From IMG/VR virus record IMGVR_UViG_3300036766_001722: a stretch of 40,952 nt of DNA; one strand, 5' to 3'. Numbering within the stretch: the stretch's first letter is position 1; every line of letters begins with the position of its first letter. The DNA comes from an uncultured virus (IMG/VR IMGVR_UViG_3300036766_001722). Lineage: Duplodnaviria; Heunggongvirae; Uroviricota; Caudoviricetes. The translations under genes and the position numbers were made by a program. The notes under the pieces were generated by a model. That model was not told where the DNA came from, searched no databases, and saw only the letters and a list, made by a program, of their open reading frames with translations. Below are positions 36,450 through 40,952 of the stretch, piece by piece.

Positions 36450-36786
36450 CGAGAAGACGATCAACAAAGCGATCGACCACGCGTGGATCGACATCCGGAG
36501 CAGCTCGAACTTCGACAAGGAGGAGGCGATCACGAAGCTGATCGAGGCTCGTCTTCTCGCGCGGCTCGCGTCGAGGCCGCCCTCGCGCGACGTCGCCGAG
36601 CGGCTGGCGAAAGCGGCAGAGCAGATGCACGCCTCGCTTACCGAGATCGCGGGATGGGTCGAGGAGCACCCGCTCGAACGCGACCGTGATGGTGGTCAGG
36701 CGCTCGACCGGCTTCTGCTTCTGAAGGCGTGGGGGGAAGCTATCGCGTCCTTCCGCAGCACGTCTGCCGAGGTGAGCGATGGCTAA
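36442..36786 (+). CDS. hypothetical protein
   Basis: GGAGG RBS within the junction repeat. Confidence 0.55.
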   Translation: MTDEKTINKAIDHAWIDIRSSSNFDKEEAITKLIEARLLARLASRPPSRDVAERLAKAAEQMHASLTEIAGWVEEHPLERDRDGGQALDRLLLLKAWGEAIASFRSTSAEVSDG

Positions 36787-36988
36787 GCGCAAGGTGAAGC
36801 TCACCGAGCAGGAGTGGCAGGAGGTCTTCCGGGCGCGCTGCCGTTCGAAGGAAGCCCGCGCATCGCAGGCGGACCACGACTTGTGCAATCGAGCATGGAA
36901 GGAAGACTTGAAGCGCTACGGCGCGATGGAACCCGATGTGTTCGATGCCACGGTGCCGTTCGGGTCGAGCGTGCGGGCCAAGCGGTGA
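36779..36988 (+). CDS. hypothetical protein
   Basis: GAGG RBS; coupled. Confidence 0.55.
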   Translation: MAKRKVKLTEQEWQEVFRARCRSKEARASQADHDLCNRAWKEDLKRYGAMEPDVFDATVPFGSSVRAKR

Positions 36989-37203
36989 CTCGGAAGAAGG
37001 CATCTCCGGGGAACCCGCTCGGCCTCGTACTGTTCCTCTTCTGGTTCCACGGCCCGCGAGACACGCTGCACGCGCTCGGCGACTACTTCCACACGCTCGC
37101 GGATGCCGCGGAGCCGCTGGAGATGCTGACGGGGCGGAAGCTCGGCGCGCTCGTCTCCCAGATTCTTCTTGATCGTCTTGACAACCTGTCGGACACGGTC
37201 TAA
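36985..37203 (+). CDS. hypothetical protein
   Basis: Coupled ORF. Confidence 0.4.
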   Translation: MTRKKASPGNPLGLVLFLFWFHGPRDTLHALGDYFHTLADAAEPLEMLTGRKLGALVSQILLDRLDNLSDTV

Positions 37204-37206
37204 CTT
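37178..37206 (+). promoter_or_regulatory. operator-bearing promoter of ro60
   Basis: TTGACA-ACC-TGTCGGACA-CGGTC-TAACTT. Confidence 0.8.
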
Positions 37207-37226
37207 CGCGGCCTGGGGACTTCGAC

Positions 37227-38870
37227 ATGGCGAACACGGCGCTCTTCACGAGCACGCGCGGCAAGACGCCGCGGGTAGCAGACGCGGTCAACGAGGCAGG
37301 CGGCAGGGCGTACGACCCGGGGGCCAAGCACAGCCTCGGGCAGTACGCGATGACCGGAGTCTTCACCGACAAGTACTACACGTCGGCGGACGAGCAGCTC
37401 AAGGCCGTGCTCGATCTCGCGTCGAAGGTGGACTCGCGCTTCATCGCGCAGCTCGCCTGCTTCGCGCGCGAGAAGGGCCAGATGAAGGACATGCCGGCGT
37501 TCCTCTGCGCGGTGCTCGCGTCGCGCAAGGACCCGGAGTCGCTCCGTCTGCTCAAGGCGGTCTTCCCGGTCGTCATCGACAACGGGAAGATGCTGCGGAA
37601 CTTCGTGCAGATCGTGCGCTCGGGCGTGACGGGTCGGAAGAGCTTCGGCACCGCGGTGAAGAAGCTCATCAACGGCTGGTTCGCGGCTCGGACGCCGGAG
37701 AAGATCTTCCGCGACTCGATCGGCGCTCGTCCGTCGATGGTAGACGTGATCAAGATGGCGCGCCCGGCTCCTCGTGACGAGGAGGAGCGTGCTCTCCGCG
37801 CGTACATGATGGAGCACGACGTCGAGAAGAAGGCGGCGACGGCGGCGCGCCCGCGTGCGGACCTCAGCAAGCTGCCGGAGGTCGTGAAGGCCTTCGAGGC
37901 GTGGAAGAAGGACGCCGCGCAGCCGATGCCGGACCTGCCGTTCCAGATGCTGACTGGGACGCCGATCTCGGACGAGCACTGGAAGACGATCGCCCAGCGC
38001 GCCAACTGGCACACACTCCGCATGAACCTGAACACGTTCGAGCGTCACGGCGTTCTCAGGGACGCCGCGATGGTCAGGAGCGTGGCGGCGCGTCTCCGCG
38101 ACAAGGAGACGCTCGCGAAGGTGCGCGTCTTCCCGTACCAGCTCCTCGTCGCGTACATGAACACGACCGTGGACGTCGCGATCAAGAACGCGTTGCAGGA
38201 CGCGCTCGAGTTCGTAACGGGCAACGTACCGGTGCTCGCCGGCCGCGTGGTCGTGTGCCCGGACATCTCGGGCTCGATGCACGACGCGGTGACGGGCGCG
38301 CGTGGTAGCGCGACGTCGAAGGTGAAGGTGATCGACGTGGCGTCGCTGATCGCGAGCTGCATCCTCCGCACGAACGGGGAGGCGCGCGTCATCCCGTTCA
38401 ACAACAGCGCGCACGAGATCGCGCTGAACTCGCGTGACTCCGTGATGACGAACGCGCGGAAGATCGCGGAGCTGCCGGAGGGCGGAACCGACTGCGCGGC
38501 GCCGCTGCGTGTGATCACGGGCGAGGTGGACCTGATCGTCATGATCTCGGACAACATGTCCTGGGTCGAGTCTCCGACCGCAGGAGGCGGGTACGTGCGC
38601 GGCACCGGCATGGCGCACGAGTGGGCACGCATTCGGGGCAAGAACCCGAAGGCGAAGCTCGTCTGCATCGACATCGCACCGACCGCGTCGGTGCAGGTCT
38701 ACGACGAGAAGAACGCCGTCCTGAACGTGGGCGGCTACGGGGATCACATGTTCGACCAGATCGCGGCGTTCATGCGCGGCGAAGGCCCGGACGCCTGGGT
38801 CAAGGAGATCGAAGCAACGAACATGCTTATCCGGTTGACAACCACGACCACAACGGAAGGTGGACCATGA
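37227..38870 (+). CDS. rsr: Ro60/TROVE-vWA RNA-binding protein (Rsr-like); last codons derive from an inserted cassette
   Basis: NEAGG.AY, MKDMPA, DNGKMLRNFVQIVRSG, RMNLNTF.RHG, vWA DISGSM, GGTDC, ISDN.SW. Confidence 0.93.
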   Translation: MANTALFTSTRGKTPRVADAVNEAGGRAYDPGAKHSLGQYAMTGVFTDKYYTSADEQLKAVLDLASKVDSRFIAQLACFAREKGQMKDMPAFLCAVLASRKDPESLRLLKAVFPVVIDNGKMLRNFVQIVRSGVTGRKSFGTAVKKLINGWFAARTPEKIFRDSIGARPSMVDVIKMARPAPRDEEERALRAYMMEHDVEKKAATAARPRADLSKLPEVVKAFEAWKKDAAQPMPDLPFQMLTGTPISDEHWKTIAQRANWHTLRMNLNTFERHGVLRDAAMVRSVAARLRDKETLAKVRVFPYQLLVAYMNTTVDVAIKNALQDALEFVTGNVPVLAGRVVVCPDISGSMHDAVTGARGSATSKVKVIDVASLIASCILRTNGEARVIPFNNSAHEIALNSRDSVMTNARKIAELPEGGTDCAAPLRVITGEVDLIVMISDNMSWVESPTAGGGYVRGTGMAHEWARIRGKNPKAKLVCIDIAPTASVQVYDEKNAVLNVGGYGDHMFDQIAAFMRGEGPDAWVKEIEATNMLIRLTTTTTTEGGP

Positions 38871-39088
38871 ACATCCGAGCGAAGTTTTCCTGCAACGCGG
38901 TCACGAAGAACGCCGACGGCTCCGAGCGCGTGGAGCTTGTGGCCGTCTACGGCGACGAGAACAAGCCGTGGTCGAAGTTCACGCCGAGCGGCAACCTGGC
39001 GATGACCATCTCGAACCCAGACGCACAGGGCGCGTTTGTGCCTGGGAAGACGTACTATCTCGATCTCTCTCCTGCCGAGGTGCCGTAA
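38867..39088 (+). CDS. conserved small phage-type hypothetical protein (RAKF...TPSG...GKTYYLD)
   Basis: Recognisable motif pattern; GGAAGG RBS. Confidence 0.7.
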   Translation: MNIRAKFSCNAVTKNADGSERVELVAVYGDENKPWSKFTPSGNLAMTISNPDAQGAFVPGKTYYLDLSPAEVP

Positions 39089-39321
39089 TGGGGCCCTGCC
39101 AGTGCCCCTGCCACCGCCGGGCGGCCTGCACATGCGCCTGTGCGACGCGTGCGACGGGTTTCGCAGAACGCGCGTATCGCGGAGCCGCGAGCGCGGCCTG
39201 CGTAGAGTACATGGCGGCGCGTGGGCGCGTTGCGCCGCAGGCGAAACGGGAGCGCGAGGGAGAGCGCATCCTCGATCTACTGGACCTGCGCCTTACCACC
39301 GGCAGTGCCCGTGGTTGCTAA
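39088..39321 (+). CDS. small Cys-rich hypothetical protein
   Basis: TAATG coupling; its stop lies in the right TIR. Confidence 0.45.
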   Translation: MGPCQCPCHRRAACTCACATRATGFAERAYRGAASAACVEYMAARGRVAPQAKREREGERILDLLDLRLTTGSARGC

Positions 39322-39347
39322 CCGGATAAGCATGCAACGAACCATGC

Positions 39348-39698
39348 CTATCCGGTTGACACCACCTGGTACCAGGGATAGTGGCTGCTGACGCGCGGTA
39401 GGTGGCGCGCGCACTCGACGGCGAAGGCGTTGATCTCCGCGTCGCTCAGGCCGTTCCACGGCGAGCCCGGCCCGAAGGCGCCACGCCGACCGAGCAACGT
39501 CTCCCTGACCACGTAGCGCACCGGCAGCGGTTCCAGCACGAGCACCTGCGCGATGTTCCGCGCCAGCTCGTAAGCGTCGCGCTTGCCGACGCGAGCCATG
39601 AACACCGCTGCGAGGATCTTCGTCACGGCGGCGAAACTACCACGATCCGCTGATCGCCGATCGCCGATACCGCGCGATCTGGCCCAAATCACAGGCAC
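39348..39698 (-). CDS. hypothetical passenger protein
   Basis: The ORF terminates inside the TIR; start uncertain. Confidence 0.45.
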   Translation of the reverse strand: MPVIWARSRGIGDRRSADRGSFAAVTKILAAVFMARVGKRDAYELARNIAQVLVLEPLPVRYVVRETLLGRRGAFGPGSPWNGLSDAEINAFAVECARHLPRVSSHYPWYQVVSTG

Positions 39699-39877
39699 GG
39701 TCGGAAGATCGACCGCCCTGCCGTTGACTCCGTCTCGAAAAGATCAGATCGATTGGGGTATTCGGCGTGCTCTGGCACATCGCCAGCACGACCGGACGGC
39801 GAACGGAGCAGGCGGCAGCGAGCTTAGACCCTCGCGGCTACCCGGCACCCGACGCTGAACATGCTCGAAGAGGTCAC

Positions 39878-40114
39878 ATGTCGTACAGCATCGTTAACCG
39901 CGCTCATCGTTCGCAGTCCGGTCCTGCCGGCCATCCTCGTCACATCGCCTACCGCGCCGTCGGCGACGATCCCTCGATCACCGTCGGCCCCACTTCGGTG
40001 AAAGTCAGCGCGTCCACCGTGGGCGAGACACTCAAGCTCGCCGGTGGCGCGCTCGCGCTCCTGACGGTCGCGTACGGCGTCAAAAAGTACGCCGACCGCT
40101 ACATCGGTAACTGA
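39878..40114 (+). CDS. small membrane protein (MSY start, C-terminal TM)
   Basis: GAGG RBS; LAGGALALLTVAYGV-KK. Confidence 0.6.
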   Translation: MSYSIVNRAHRSQSGPAGHPRHIAYRAVGDDPSITVGPTSVKVSASTVGETLKLAGGALALLTVAYGVKKYADRYIGN

Positions 40115-40122
40115 CCTGATCG

Positions 40123-40952
40123 TCATACCCACGACCCCACCGGCAGCCGCAGGGTCCACTGATCGTCAGGCGGATTCGGATGGACCCATTCGCCGCTGTA
40201 GAGGCCCTCGTACGTCGGCGCCGGAACGTCCATTCCGATCCCAAGCACAGAGTTGAACGACGTCATCGGGTAAAAGCGGCGATTGAACCGGAAGACGAAC
40301 TCGTTGATGTAGGCCGGCAAGTGCTGCTGGCTGACGCCGTGGTGCGTGCCTTGTAGCCACGTCTTCAGATTCGAGAACAGCAGGTGGACCATCGGCAGGA
40401 ACTCCTCGGCGCGCTCAGGGTCCCCGTGGAGCACTGCTTTCTTGTGGAGGTAGCCGAGCCTCGTCAGGCCATCATAGCCGACCCATCCATCTGTAATGAC
40501 CGCTGCGCCCGGTTGCACGTTGTCGGTGACGAACTTCTGTAGCGTCTCCGCACCACGGTCAGACACCACACCCATGCGCAGCCGGCCGGCGTAGACCGAC
40601 CGTCGGCCCTTGGGTGTTTTCTTCTCACGGACCTCGACGGCGCCCACGACGATGGTCATGTGGTGAACGCCGCGTCCTTCGCCGCGCGTCTTGCCACCGA
40701 TGTACGTCTCGTCTATTTCGACCGGCCACTCTTCACCGATGCGGTCGCGGTCCGGCCGGACCATCGCGGCGCGCAGCTTGTGGAACATCTGAAACGCCGT
40801 CTCGTAGCGTGTCAGCCCAAGCTGCCGCTGGAACTGCAAGGCAGACATGCCGGGCGTCTGTGTAGTGACGAGGTACGCCGCCCAGAACCAGACGTGTAGC
40901 GGCTGCTTCGTGCGGTGCATGATGGTGCCGGCTGTGAGCGAGGTGTCTTTGC
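40123..40952 (-). CDS. IS1595-family (ISXO2-like) DDE transposase, 5'-truncated
   Basis: TSLTAGTIMHRTK, MSALQFQRQLG, VEIDETYIGG, ITDGW.GY, GTHHGVS.QHL..YINEFVFRFNRR. Confidence 0.93.
   Translation of the reverse strand, partial: KDTSLTAGTIMHRTKQPLHVWFWAAYLVTTQTPGMSALQFQRQLGLTRYETAFQMFHKLRAAMVRPDRDRIGEEWPVEIDETYIGGKTRGEGRGVHHMTIVVGAVEVREKKTPKGRRSVYAGRLRMGVVSDRGAETLQKFVTDNVQPGAAVITDGWVGYDGLTRLGYLHKKAVLHGDPERAEEFLPMVHLLFSNLKTWLQGTHHGVSQQHLPAYINEFVFRFNRRFYPMTSFNSVLGIGMDVPAPTYEGLYSGEWVHPNPPDDQWTLRLPVGSWV

Larger units (their letters stand above)
38823..39333. mobile_element. non-autonomous TIR-bounded cassette (MIC/MITE-like) with two passenger ORFs
   Basis: 24-bp inverted repeats (22/24 match) at 38823-38846 and 39310-39333; direct repeat GCAACGAAC at 38814-38822 and 39334-39342. 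Confidence 0.85.
39343..40952 (-). mobile_element. IS1595-family element with passenger genes (right end inferred; left end outside window)
   Basis: A third TIR copy, CATGCCTATCCGGTTGACACCAC, at 39343; transposase at 40123-40952. Confidence 0.6.

Noticed and set aside
38837..38860. Poly-Thr tail as a functional Ro60 feature
   Set aside because: It is read-through into the inserted cassette's terminal repeat.

Overview
High-GC viral (phage or provirus) DNA, probably a tailless, membrane-containing virus of a Myxococcota-like host (inference). The left arm (about 0.9-11.6 kb) looks like a virion module. It has extremely Arg-rich proteins with RRN(P)/ANR repeats, two paralogous Arg-rich membrane proteins carrying repeated xxG[VLMF]G motifs, and three consecutive beta-rich capsid-like proteins. 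These are followed by an array of six small genes that all end in RRSRR, a J-domain protein and an M23 peptidase. Next come a LAGLIDADG endonuclease/DNA methyltransferase pair, two lipoproteins, and a spike/receptor-binding cluster (two beta-helix proteins, an Ig/LamG-like protein, an SGNH esterase). The right arm holds early/accessory genes: a solo TnpB, RmlC, DUF2829 (Tad2-like), an RRM protein, DUF192, two tRNA-Leu, intein-containing RtcB, a YspA/SLOG protein, Ro60/TROVE and many small ORFs. Several of these follow one recurring promoter design with a palindromic TGTCSGACA operator. The window ends with a TIR-bounded 511-bp cassette inserted in the ro60 3' end and an IS1595-family transposase. 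No terminase, portal, tail, packaging ATPase, polymerase or maturation protease was recognised in the window. All family calls come from motif recognition by eye; no searches were run.
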